DNA of 45,600 nucleotides from an uncultured Bacteroidales bacterium (GCA_964345255.1 CAYFQK010000003.1:1-45600), one strand, 5' to 3'; counted from the stretch's first letter, positions 9,201 to 16,780 are shown. Numbers and translations are program-made. Notes: generated by a model from the letters alone, not told the origin.

Positions 9201-10533
9201 ACAGGCAGGAGCCAGTTCTCCGGCCGATCCGTCGGATTCACAATTAGCCGACGTTAACTTAACAGCCCCATCTCCCTATGTGGCTGACCCGGGATCGGTA
9301 TATGAGACCGTCCTCAATGGAACGTGGTCTCCATTCAAAATGGTAGCCACATCTAAACAGTCGACAACAGGTCCGGCAATCAGAAGGCGGCAGCAAAGCA
9401 AGCCCAAGTATCACGCCAGAGAATTAGCTAATTGGAGTTCGCTGGCCAGTGTGGATGTTATTATCACACCCGACTCAACGAAATGGACCAGATGTCCGGT
9501 AGTTGAAACACAGTCGAACCCGGAACTGTCTGAAGGCGGGGCACTGCAATACACCCCGAGAAAAGCGCCATCAGTGAACGTGATGGGAGAAGCCGGGGTG
9601 GAAAGTGATAACCCCCTTCTCAATTCAAATTATATCGACAGTACTGGAATGGGATGGTTCCCGGGATATGCCGTTAACGTTGAAACCGGTGAGCGACTGA
9701 ACATGGCCTTTGGCGAAGACTCCTGGTGGGCACAGGATAATGGACGCGACATGTTGTGGAATCCATCTTCACGTATTTATACTAATACATTTGAGCCGGC
9801 CATGGGTGGTAAGCATTATGTGTATGTTTTTGCTCATGATTCTGTCAAATTTGAATTCGGGCCATTTAACTATAAGTTTATCCAGCCACCTTATGATGCG
9901 GGCAGAAACCTGAAGACTTATCTGGATACAACGTTAGACATTAACTCCACGTTCTTTACGGCACCTGAATTTGCATTCGGAACAGCCATGTGGGTAAATG
10001 TGCCATTAGCAGCTGATGAAGAAAAGTGGCTTTCTACAGAAGCTAAAATTGAGCTTCGCGTGAATAAGGCCTTCGGAAGGTTTGAAACCAGGCATTCCGG
10101 TAATCTCTCTGAGTACGATATCCCGGAAGTGGATGTCCAGGACGGATATCCGGTATATACGTTCTCCACTGAGGGCTATGGTCCGGTAGAGAAAGAAAAA
10201 CCAGAGATTAAAAGCGATCTTGATTTAATCAGTGTCGTCCCCAACCCGTATTATGGGTATAATCAGTATGAGGAAAACCAGCTCGACAACAGGGTTAAGT
10301 TTACCAATCTACCTCAAACATGTACCATTACGATTTACAATGTCAGTGGTACACTGGTGCGTCAGTATAAGAAAGACAATCCAAGTACACAGTTAGATTG
10401 GGACCTTAAAAATTTTGCTGGGATACCTGTCTCCGGAGGAGTTTATTTTATTCATGTGAAATCTCCGGGTAAAGGAGAACGCGTGGTGAAGTGGTTTGGA
10501 GCAATGCGTCCAATTGACCTGAACGCATTTTAA
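6223..10533 (+). CDS. Large secreted protein (1436 aa from the ATG) with a type-A T9SS C-terminal sorting domain; function unknown
   Basis: Signal peptide MYRKRLTLFVLVLALLSAIPYQTSA, with the ATG at 6223 preferred over the GTG at 6214. It carries D-rich Ca-binding-like motifs (YDNNGDGDYNPAQGDYPYYDVDND; VDTDLGDAVDDYVGCD). I saw no HExxH, GDSGG or other catalytic signature. The CTD is listed as a separate feature. Confidence 0.8.
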   Translation: MYRKRLTLFVLVLALLSAIPYQTSAEEWKKKSDNKKRTKTIKSTAAGCLPGTAYQYLDVNNVRARINTGGDMWWDFENAKYEIPAGTGKTSMFSAALWLGGVDVNDQLKLAAQMYRYGPDIQGRSDTDYFTGPLTTDGSAAVSQATCKAYDKMFPISRQEVNEFIAKWDNPEQYPDYNPPRSITEWPAHGDITKGQSYYLAPFYDNNGDGDYNPAQGDYPYYDVDNDLCGTQTPTQDEMAGDVIAGTSVLADQVIKGDETLWWVFNDKGNFHAETTGAPIGVEIRAQAFGFSTNDEIDDMSFYSYEIINRSTFTLKDTYFSQWVDTDLGDAVDDYVGCDVQRGLGYCYNGDPNDGQGQPWTYGENPPAIGVDFFQGPYIDDDGLDNKKFTGDCSIFDFNAPAGSADDGSAINGINFGDSIVDNERFGMRRFVYHNNPGSGAAGPYMHDPDYAIDYYNYLRGIWRDGTKMIYGGNGHETAGGYGPECDFMFPDQSDPCNWGTDGQEPNGPVEWTEETAGNLKGDRRFMQSAGPFTLEPGAVNYITVGIPWARANRGGPFASVEKLKVADDKAQALFDNCFDVVDGPRAPDLTIKEADQKLTIFITNRNILGSGNNYREQYEEIDPTISSPDTLTGDDRWDSTYNFEGYKIYQLASPDVSELDNPDKAQLVMQCDIDNGVDRLINYEFNENLDATVPKIKVDGNDEGIKHTFTLEKDFFTGEDLVNHKQYYYKAIAYGYNNYKDYDPETAIDGQKLPYLEGRGNIRSYTGIPHKNVSDMKERADYGDGLPVTRLQGRGNSGNYLKLKDEVYDRLLEKSPYDTNMTIADDNYPMVSDLEYQPGYGPINVKVIDPMNVKEGNYVVLLDSLVKYQFTDVTEAANLIDGGDTLNKFVAEWYLKDIGTGEVYRSDTTIIRNNEQLFLDLGISVEVVQVHRPGPIQVGRVEISSTSSEPVIFNTDNNGYIGSSIKFADSLNQWLTGIPDDDLAPGGYTDWIQAGASSPADPSDSQLADVNLTAPSPYVADPGSVYETVLNGTWSPFKMVATSKQSTTGPAIRRRQQSKPKYHARELANWSSLASVDVIITPDSTKWTRCPVVETQSNPELSEGGALQYTPRKAPSVNVMGEAGVESDNPLLNSNYIDSTGMGWFPGYAVNVETGERLNMAFGEDSWWAQDNGRDMLWNPSSRIYTNTFEPAMGGKHYVYVFAHDSVKFEFGPFNYKFIQPPYDAGRNLKTYLDTTLDINSTFFTAPEFAFGTAMWVNVPLAADEEKWLSTEAKIELRVNKAFGRFETRHSGNLSEYDIPEVDVQDGYPVYTFSTEGYGPVEKEKPEIKSDLDLISVVPNPYYGYNQYEENQLDNRVKFTNLPQTCTITIYNVSGTLVRQYKKDNPSTQLDWDLKNFAGIPVSGGVYFIHVKSPGKGERVVKWFGAMRPIDLNAF
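10213..10530 (+). other. Type-A T9SS C-terminal sorting domain of the 1436-aa protein
   Basis: SVVPNPYYG...VKFTNLPQTCTITIYNVSGTLVRQY...LDWDLKNFAGIPVSGGVYFIHVKSPGKGERVVKW matches the Por-secretion-tail pattern (PNP...I.IYN..G..V......D......G.Y). A short tail, FGAMRPIDLNAF, follows. Confidence 0.75.
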
Positions 10534-10555
10534 TCCGTGATAATCAATTGGTAGA

Positions 10556-11638
10556 ATGATAAAAAGTTATATTATGAATACGATATATCATTATTTAATC
10601 GCAGTATTATTATCAGGTTTGTTTATATTTCCGGCTAATGAAGCATTAGCCGGAAATAAGGACCGTTCAGGGGAAGCCGGAGCTACCGAACTCCTGATAA
10701 ATCCATGGGCCCGTAGTTCCGGATGGGGTAGTGTAAGTACCGCAAGTGTCCAGGGGCTCGAAAGTATGTTCGTGAACATTGCAGGCGCTGCCTTCACTGA
10801 TGGAACAGAAGTGATTTTCAGCTCTACACAATGGCTGAAAGGAAGTGGTACCGACGTTATGGCTTTCGGACTCACACAAAAAACAGGCGCTTCGGGAGTC
10901 CTCGGGCTTAACATGATGTCTATGAGTTTTGGTGACATTCAGGTGACTGAAGTGAATACCCCTGAAAGCGACATCGGAACCTTTTCGCCAAACCTGATGA
11001 ATATAGGAGTTTCTTATTCTAAGATTTTCTCCAATAGTATATATGGCGGAATTCAGGTAAAAGCGATATCGGAAAATATATCCGATTTGAGCGCTACGGC
11101 TCTTGCCATAGATGCAGGAATTCAATATGTAACCGGGCCTCAGGATAATATTCGTTTTGGTATTACTTTGAGAAACTGGGGTACTAAACTATCTTATACA
11201 GGTGATGGTATTGCTTTCCGTGTATCACCACCAGGTCAGGATGATGAGTTTACTCTTGAGCAGCGTTCGGCTTCATACGAATTGCCTTCGCAGATGAATA
11301 TAGGAGCTTCTTACGATTTTGTATTTGATAAGCACGTTTTTACTCTGGCGGGTAATTTCAGGTCCAATGCATTTACTAATGACCAGATAACCTTTGGTGC
11401 TCAGTATAAACTGATGGATTACCTGATGCTTAGAGGAGCTTACACTACGGAAGAGGGTATTAATAATGCTATTGACAGCGGCGAGCGCTATACCGTCGAT
11501 GATGGCCTTAGTGCCGGTATGACGGTGGAGATTCCCTTAAACAAAGATAGCAACACAACATTTGCCGTAGATTATGCGTTAAGAACAACTGCGCACTTTG
11601 ATAATACGCATAGCATAGGTGCCAGGGTAAATTTCTAG
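10556..11638 (+). CDS. PorV/PorQ-like outer membrane beta-barrel protein
   Basis: Signal peptide, then an N-terminal motif SGEAGATELLINPWARSSGWGSVSTASVQGLESMFVNIAGAAF. This resembles the PorV/PorQ-family signature (..A..L.I....R..G.G.A.......A...NPAG.A). The rest shows an alternating beta-strand pattern and a C-terminal IGARVNF. An alternative ATG lies at 10574. Confidence 0.6.
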   Translation: MIKSYIMNTIYHYLIAVLLSGLFIFPANEALAGNKDRSGEAGATELLINPWARSSGWGSVSTASVQGLESMFVNIAGAAFTDGTEVIFSSTQWLKGSGTDVMAFGLTQKTGASGVLGLNMMSMSFGDIQVTEVNTPESDIGTFSPNLMNIGVSYSKIFSNSIYGGIQVKAISENISDLSATALAIDAGIQYVTGPQDNIRFGITLRNWGTKLSYTGDGIAFRVSPPGQDDEFTLEQRSASYELPSQMNIGASYDFVFDKHVFTLAGNFRSNAFTNDQITFGAQYKLMDYLMLRGAYTTEEGINNAIDSGERYTVDDGLSAGMTVEIPLNKDSNTTFAVDYALRTTAHFDNTHSIGARVNF

Positions 11639-11667
11639 GATATTTTTATAAAACGTTGATAATTAGC

Positions 11668-11699
11668 AACAAGAGGACCTTTTCGGAGGTCTTCTTGTT
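11668..11699 (+). terminator. Rho-independent terminator closing the 2483-11638 operon
   Basis: AACAAGAGGACCT (11668-11680) pairs with AGGTCTTCTTGTT (11687-11699), 13 bp with one G-U pair. The loop is TTTCGG and a T-rich tail ATTATTGT follows. Confidence 0.65.
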
Positions 11700-11737
11700 A
11701 TTATTGTCTCATAAAAAATTAAAGTTGGAGGAGAACT

Positions 11738-12214
11738 ATGGCAGACGTGAAGTATTTTACAAAAGAAGCGCTGGAGAAGCTCAAAAATGAGCTGGATCAA
11801 TTGACAAAAGTAGAACGGCCTAAAATCTCCAAGCAAATAGCAGAGGCACGCGATAAAGGTGATTTATCGGAAAATGCCGAATACGATGCTGCTAAAGATG
11901 CTCAAGGAATGCTTGAGATGAAAATTGCCAAGCTACAGGAAAAGATATCCATGGCCAGGATTATTGATGAATCAAAAATTGATACATCCAAGGCTTATAT
12001 TTATTCTACAGTAACCATAAAGAATAAGAATAACAACAGTAAAATGAAATACACACTTGTCAACGAAAGTGAGGCAAGCCTTAAAGAAGGAAAGATTTCT
12101 GTTGATTCGCCCATAGGAAAAGGATTGCTGGGTCATGAGATAGGCGATTCGGTGGAGATTCAAGTACCGGCAGGGAAAATTCCATTTGAAATTATAGATA
12201 TTCAATACCATTAA
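11738..12214 (+). CDS. greA: Transcription elongation factor GreA
   Basis: 158 aa with an N-terminal coiled-coil carrying the acidic tip ARDKGDLSENAEYDAAKD, plus a C-terminal globular domain (SPIGKGLLGHEIGDSVEIQVPAG). Confidence 0.95.
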   Translation: MADVKYFTKEALEKLKNELDQLTKVERPKISKQIAEARDKGDLSENAEYDAAKDAQGMLEMKIAKLQEKISMARIIDESKIDTSKAYIYSTVTIKNKNNNSKMKYTLVNESEASLKEGKISVDSPIGKGLLGHEIGDSVEIQVPAGKIPFEIIDIQYH

Positions 12215-12227
12215 AAAAGCAGAAGTT

Positions 12228-12620
12228 ATGAGCACTATTTTTTCAAAAATTGTCAGCGGTGAGCTGCCTTCATACAAGATAGCAGAAAATGATAAGTTTT
12301 TAGCCTTTCTGGATATAAATCCCCTGGCTAAGGGGCATACGTTAGTAATCCCTAAAAAGGAAGTGGATTATATCTTCGACATTGAAGATGACTTGTACAA
12401 GGAACTTTTTGCATTTGCCAAAAAAGTGGGTAAAGCCATTGATAAATCGATACCTTGCGAGCGCGTTGGGATTACCGTCATAGGTCTCGAAATTGCCCAT
12501 GCCCATATTCATCTGATACCTATCAATTCCATTTACGATATGGACTTTAAGCAGCCAAAGCTTAAGCTATCGGAACAAGAGTTTGAGGATATCGCAAAGA
12601 AGATTAAAGGACAACTGTAA
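12228..12620 (+). CDS. HIT-family nucleotide hydrolase (HinT-like)
   Basis: 130 aa with FLDINPLAKGHTLVIPKK and the histidine-triad motif HAHIHLIP. Confidence 0.9.
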   Translation: MSTIFSKIVSGELPSYKIAENDKFLAFLDINPLAKGHTLVIPKKEVDYIFDIEDDLYKELFAFAKKVGKAIDKSIPCERVGITVIGLEIAHAHIHLIPINSIYDMDFKQPKLKLSEQEFEDIAKKIKGQL

Positions 12621-12673
12621 TAAAACAACCCCCGTAAAGGCATTACCGAACTACAGTAAAAACTGATAAGAAA

Positions 12674-12716
12674 GAGCGAGCCTGCTAATAAAAGTGTTTT
12701 TTTAGTAGGCTCGTTC
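12674..12716 (-). terminator. Hairpin terminator whose 5' arm (as read on the minus strand) covers the last codons of the purF-like gene
   Basis: GAGCGAGCCTGCTAA (12674-12688) pairs with TTAGTAGGCTCGTTC (12702-12716), 15 bp with 2 G-U pairs and a 13-nt loop. On the minus strand the hairpin is followed by TTTCTTATCAGTTTTT. Confidence 0.5.
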
Positions 12717-14603
12717 ATTACGGCCTTCAATATAATTAATAAAAGATCGATTTACCACTTTATTACCTCCCGGTGTGGGATACTTTCCTGTAAAATACCA
12801 GTCTCCGTTATGATTGGGAATGGCCCGGTGAAGGCTTTCGATGGACTGATAAACAATTTGAACGTCAGCCCTGACATCGGGCGAAGACACCAGTTGTGAA
12901 ATTTTTGTGGAAATCTGCTTTGCAGTGAAAGGGGCGTATATGGATTTAACGTGGTTCACCATTTGCTCTTTGGGAAGGGATTCCTGTGCTTTACACTTCT
13001 GGTAAACCTCATTAATAACATGCTGCCGGTTGCTTTCTTTGAGTAGTGCAATAGCCGCATTGAAAGCAATGAAATCATTTAATTTGGCCATATCAATACC
13101 ATAGCAGTCGGGGTAACGTATTTGAGGAGCTGAAGACCCTATAATGATCTTTTTTGGGTTTAAGCGGTCCAGGATACGTATGATGCTATGTTTAAGCGTC
13201 GTGCCACGAACTATGGAGTCATCCAGGACTACCAGCGTATCTTTCCCATCCTCTATTATACCATAGGTCACATCATAAACATGAGCCACCAACTCATCCC
13301 GTTTTTGGTCCTGCGTTATGAAAGTGCGCATTTTCGCGTCTTTCACAGCTACATTTTCAATTCGGGGTCTTAGCGAGAGAATATCATTCAGCTCCTCCTG
13401 AGCGGATACATCCTTCATAGCTGTAATACGGTCTTTTTTAACCGAATCACAGAAATTATGCAATTCATCTATCATGCCATAATAAGCCACTGAAGCTGTA
13501 TTGGGGATATAGCTAAAAACGGTATGCTTGAGGTCGTAGTTTACCTCTTTTAATATATCCTGTACGAGATATTTTCCCAGGTTTTTGCGTTCATTATAAA
13601 TATCTTTATCCGAACCCCTGGAAAAATATATCCTTTCAAAGGAACACGGCCGCACTACGTCACTTTTTTTAAAAGGCTTTTCACTTACCTCTCCGTTATG
13701 CTTGATTACCAGTGCGTGGCCGGGCTTCACCTCCCGGATGTTTTCAAGCGGAACGTTAAATGCAGTTTGGATTACCGGCCTTTCAGAAGCAGCCACAACC
13801 ACCTCATCGTCCACATAGTAGAAGGCGGGTCTGATTCCGCCCGGATCGCGCATAACAAAGGCATCGCCATGCCCAAGAAATCCGCCTATAGCATAACCTC
13901 CATCCCAGCGTTTTGCTGATTCCTCCAGCATCCGGTGAACATCAATGTTCTCAATGATTTTATCCGTTATTTCGATTTTGCCGTATCCCTGTTTCCGGTA
14001 ATGGGAGTAAAGACGCTCATTTTCTTCATCCAGGAAGTGGCCTATTTTTTCAAGGACGGTAATTGTATCGGAGGTTTCAACGGGGTATTGCCCCAACTCC
14101 ACCAACTGGTCAAACAATTCGTCGACGTTAGTAAAATTAAAATTACCCGCCAGCACCAGGTTTTTTGTTTTCCAATTGTTCTCTCTTATAACCGGATGTA
14201 AAAATTCTATATCATTTCCGCCGAAAGTTCCATAGCGTAAATGACCCAGGAAAAGCTCCCCGGTAAAACCGACATTATCTTTTAACCAGTTAACATCGCG
14301 CAGCAAGTGAGGCTGGGTTGCCTGAATTCTGGAAAACTGGGAGTAGACTTTATTAAATACATCTTTTATGGGGGATGGGTCATTCGAACGACTGCGGTGG
14401 ATATAGCGCTTACCGGGTTCCATATCGAGCTTCAGGTTAGCGATTCCTGCTCCATCCTGCCCGCGATTATGCTGCTTCTCCATTAGCAGGTGCAACTTAT
14501 TCATGCCATAGAATGCCGTACCGTATTTCGAAAGATAATATTCAAGAGGTTTCCTTAGTCTTACAAGCCCTATACCACATTCATGCTTTATTAGTTCACT
14601 CAT
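12702..14603 (-). CDS. purF: Long-form class II glutamine amidophosphoribosyltransferase (PurF-like)
   Basis: Ntn nucleophile context MSELIKHECGIGLV, NRGQDGAGIA and the PRPP-binding loop LVVLDDSIVRGTT. The ATG at 14603 is preferred because the listed ORF start at 14630 is a TTG that would lie upstream of the predicted transcription start. Confidence 0.8.
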   Translation of the reverse strand: MSELIKHECGIGLVRLRKPLEYYLSKYGTAFYGMNKLHLLMEKQHNRGQDGAGIANLKLDMEPGKRYIHRSRSNDPSPIKDVFNKVYSQFSRIQATQPHLLRDVNWLKDNVGFTGELFLGHLRYGTFGGNDIEFLHPVIRENNWKTKNLVLAGNFNFTNVDELFDQLVELGQYPVETSDTITVLEKIGHFLDEENERLYSHYRKQGYGKIEITDKIIENIDVHRMLEESAKRWDGGYAIGGFLGHGDAFVMRDPGGIRPAFYYVDDEVVVAASERPVIQTAFNVPLENIREVKPGHALVIKHNGEVSEKPFKKSDVVRPCSFERIYFSRGSDKDIYNERKNLGKYLVQDILKEVNYDLKHTVFSYIPNTASVAYYGMIDELHNFCDSVKKDRITAMKDVSAQEELNDILSLRPRIENVAVKDAKMRTFITQDQKRDELVAHVYDVTYGIIEDGKDTLVVLDDSIVRGTTLKHSIIRILDRLNPKKIIIGSSAPQIRYPDCYGIDMAKLNDFIAFNAAIALLKESNRQHVINEVYQKCKAQESLPKEQMVNHVKSIYAPFTAKQISTKISQLVSSPDVRADVQIVYQSIESLHRAIPNHNGDWYFTGKYPTPGGNKVVNRSFINYIEGRNERAY

Positions 14604-14627
14604 TTGGTGATCCCTGTTATTTTTATG

Positions 14628-14635
14628 CAAAAATA
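14628..14635 (-). promoter_or_regulatory. -7 box TATTTTTG (minus strand) for the purF-like gene
   Basis: The plus strand reads CAAAAATA, an exact TAnnTTTG match. It ends 24 nt upstream of the ATG at 14603. Confidence 0.5.
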
Positions 14636-14641
14636 CAATAA

Positions 14642-14649
14642 TAGTTTTG
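14642..14649 (+). promoter_or_regulatory. -7 box TAGTTTTG for the GNAT gene
   Basis: Exact TAnnTTTG match, with 38 nt between the box and the ATG at 14688. It sits back-to-back with the minus-strand box 6 nt away. Confidence 0.5.
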
Positions 14650-14687
14650 CGAAATTATTTATCTTTCCACATTCAAAACCGGATTGA

Positions 14688-15140
14688 ATGCAATTTATTG
14701 TAAGAGAAGCTCAAAGAGAAGATATCGAAGGGATTGTAGCCTTTCAGCGAGCGATGGCCAGAGAAACGGAGGAACTTACGCTGAATGACGAATCCTTATT
14801 GCATGGCGTGAAAGCCGTTTTCGATGATCCTGCAAAAGGAAAATATTATGTTTCCACTGCCAGTGATAAGCTTATAGCTTCTACTCTACTTACGCCCGAA
14901 TGGAGTGACTGGAGAAACGGATATGTGTATTGGATTCAATCCGTATACGTGCTACCGGAATTCAGAGGGAAAAAGGTATTTACACAAATCTATAACCACA
15001 TAAAAAAGGTTACCTCAGCGGACAGCCAATCCATGGGTCTTCGTCTTTATGTAGATAAAACCAATGTTAAAGCACAGAAAGTATATGAAAAACTGGGCAT
15101 GAATGGAGAACATTACAAATTATACGAATGGATGAAATAA
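14688..15140 (+). CDS. GNAT-family N-acetyltransferase
   Basis: 150 aa with the acetyl-CoA-binding core WIQSVYVLPEFRGKKVFTQIYNHIKK and a C-terminal KVYEKLGM. Confidence 0.85.
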   Translation: MQFIVREAQREDIEGIVAFQRAMARETEELTLNDESLLHGVKAVFDDPAKGKYYVSTASDKLIASTLLTPEWSDWRNGYVYWIQSVYVLPEFRGKKVFTQIYNHIKKVTSADSQSMGLRLYVDKTNVKAQKVYEKLGMNGEHYKLYEWMK

Positions 15141-15154
15141 TTAAATATAACAAT

Positions 15155-16780
15155 ATGAAACATTTAGGAAGTTTAATAGCTATCATTTTAACAATGAGTA
15201 TTTCGTCGCTTTCGGCACAAAGCAAAGCCGATTGGAAAGGCGGCGTACCTGAAGGATGTACATCAATAACCGTAGGTAAGAAGGCTACAGCAGATGGGTC
15301 TGTTATCACATCTCATACAGATGACAGCCACAGGACAAGGAGCTGGATGGATATAGTTCCTGCAAAAGATCATGAAGAGGGAGCAACAACCCCAATGTAT
15401 AAGCGGGTGTCTACCGACTCTTTGACTATGCCGGCATATGCCCATAATAAAATTGGAGAGATTCCTCAGGTAGAGCATACTTATCAATTTATTAATACCG
15501 CCTACCCATGCATGAATGAGCATCAGCTGGCCATAGGCGAATCGACTTTCGGAGGCAGAGAATCCCTGCAATCGGATGAAGGGCTTATAGATTGCCAAAG
15601 ATTGGTAAAGCTCATGCTTGAAAGGACCAGAACGGCCAGGGGAGCGATAGAAATGGCCCGCGAGCTGACAAAAAAGTATGGCTGGAATGATTATGGAGAA
15701 TGCCTGACGATTGCAGATAAAAAGGAGGTGTGGCATTTTGAAATTACAGGACCGGGAAAGGGTAAAGTAGGTTCTATATGGGCGGCCCAGCGCGTCCCGG
15801 ATGGTCATGTATCATGCAATGCAAACGCCAGCCGCATCAGAGAAATAGATCTGGATAACCCGGATTCTTTTAAAGCTTCAGAGAATATCTATGATATGGC
15901 TCTGGACAGCAACTGGGTGGAATCGAAAGAGGATTTTGAATTTTGCTATGCCTATGCCCCGGGAAGCAGAAAATCTGTGGCTTCAAGGCGAAGGGAGTGG
16001 AGAATATTCGATATGCTGGCTCCTTCAAAAAATTTCAGTCCGACATCAGAAAACTATCCCTTCTCGGTTAAACCTGACGAACAGGTAACAAAATCAAAGC
16101 TGGTAGAAGTATTTAGTGATTACTATCAGGGCACTCCTTATGATATGAGACGCTTAACTACTACCACCAATGAGGAGGGTAAAGAAGTGATTTCGCCGCT
16201 GGCAAATCCATTCATGCCTTATGATCAGCTGGATATAGAAAATGTAAGTGGCGGGTGGTATCATGTTGATGATGAGACAGGTCATATCCGTTTTTTGGGT
16301 GAGCGTACCATAGCACGTTGGTACACAATGTATGCTACAATTACTCAGTCGCGCGATTGGCTGCCCGATGAGGTCGGCGGCCTTGTTTGGCTGGCGCAGG
16401 ATAATGTTGCGACTTCTATTTATATCCCGGTTTTTGCAGGTGTTAATGATTTACCGGAGACGTACAAAACGCCAGGAAGAAAAACGGGATATACCATGGA
16501 ATCAGCCTGGTGGGTGTTTAATCGGTTAGGCACGCTCACCGCCCAGAGATGGGGAGAGATGCACAAAGATGTTGACCAGGTGTGGGGGCCTATGCAGGAA
16601 GAAATATTTCAGAAACAGCCTGAGATCGACAAAAAAGCCGCCAGCATGATTAAGAGCGGAAATCAGCAAGAAGCAGAAAAGTATCTTACTGATTATACCA
16701 TTCAATGGGGCAATAAGGTTGTAGATAAAGCAATCGAGCTCAGTGAAATGCTGTGGACGAAATACGATGAAAAATTTTAA
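15155..16780 (+). CDS. Secreted C69-family dipeptidase
   Basis: Signal peptide MKHLGSLIAIILTMSISSLSAQS, then the Ntn Cys context EGCTSITVGKKATADGSVITSHTDDS typical of peptidase C69. The ATG at 15155 avoids the overlap with the GNAT stop. Confidence 0.8.
   Translation: MKHLGSLIAIILTMSISSLSAQSKADWKGGVPEGCTSITVGKKATADGSVITSHTDDSHRTRSWMDIVPAKDHEEGATTPMYKRVSTDSLTMPAYAHNKIGEIPQVEHTYQFINTAYPCMNEHQLAIGESTFGGRESLQSDEGLIDCQRLVKLMLERTRTARGAIEMARELTKKYGWNDYGECLTIADKKEVWHFEITGPGKGKVGSIWAAQRVPDGHVSCNANASRIREIDLDNPDSFKASENIYDMALDSNWVESKEDFEFCYAYAPGSRKSVASRRREWRIFDMLAPSKNFSPTSENYPFSVKPDEQVTKSKLVEVFSDYYQGTPYDMRRLTTTTNEEGKEVISPLANPFMPYDQLDIENVSGGWYHVDDETGHIRFLGERTIARWYTMYATITQSRDWLPDEVGGLVWLAQDNVATSIYIPVFAGVNDLPETYKTPGRKTGYTMESAWWVFNRLGTLTAQRWGEMHKDVDQVWGPMQEEIFQKQPEIDKKAASMIKSGNQQEAEKYLTDYTIQWGNKVVDKAIELSEMLWTKYDEKF

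Noticed and set aside
15263-15808. A 181-aa reverse-strand ORF inside the C69 dipeptidase gene. Similar antisense ORFs lie at 30459-30962 (in recG), 37219-37704 (in groEL), 18013-18471 (in dxr) and 8116-8478 (in the large cargo gene).
   Set aside because: All are antisense to well-supported genes, and their Cys/Ser/Ile-rich translations have no family resemblance.
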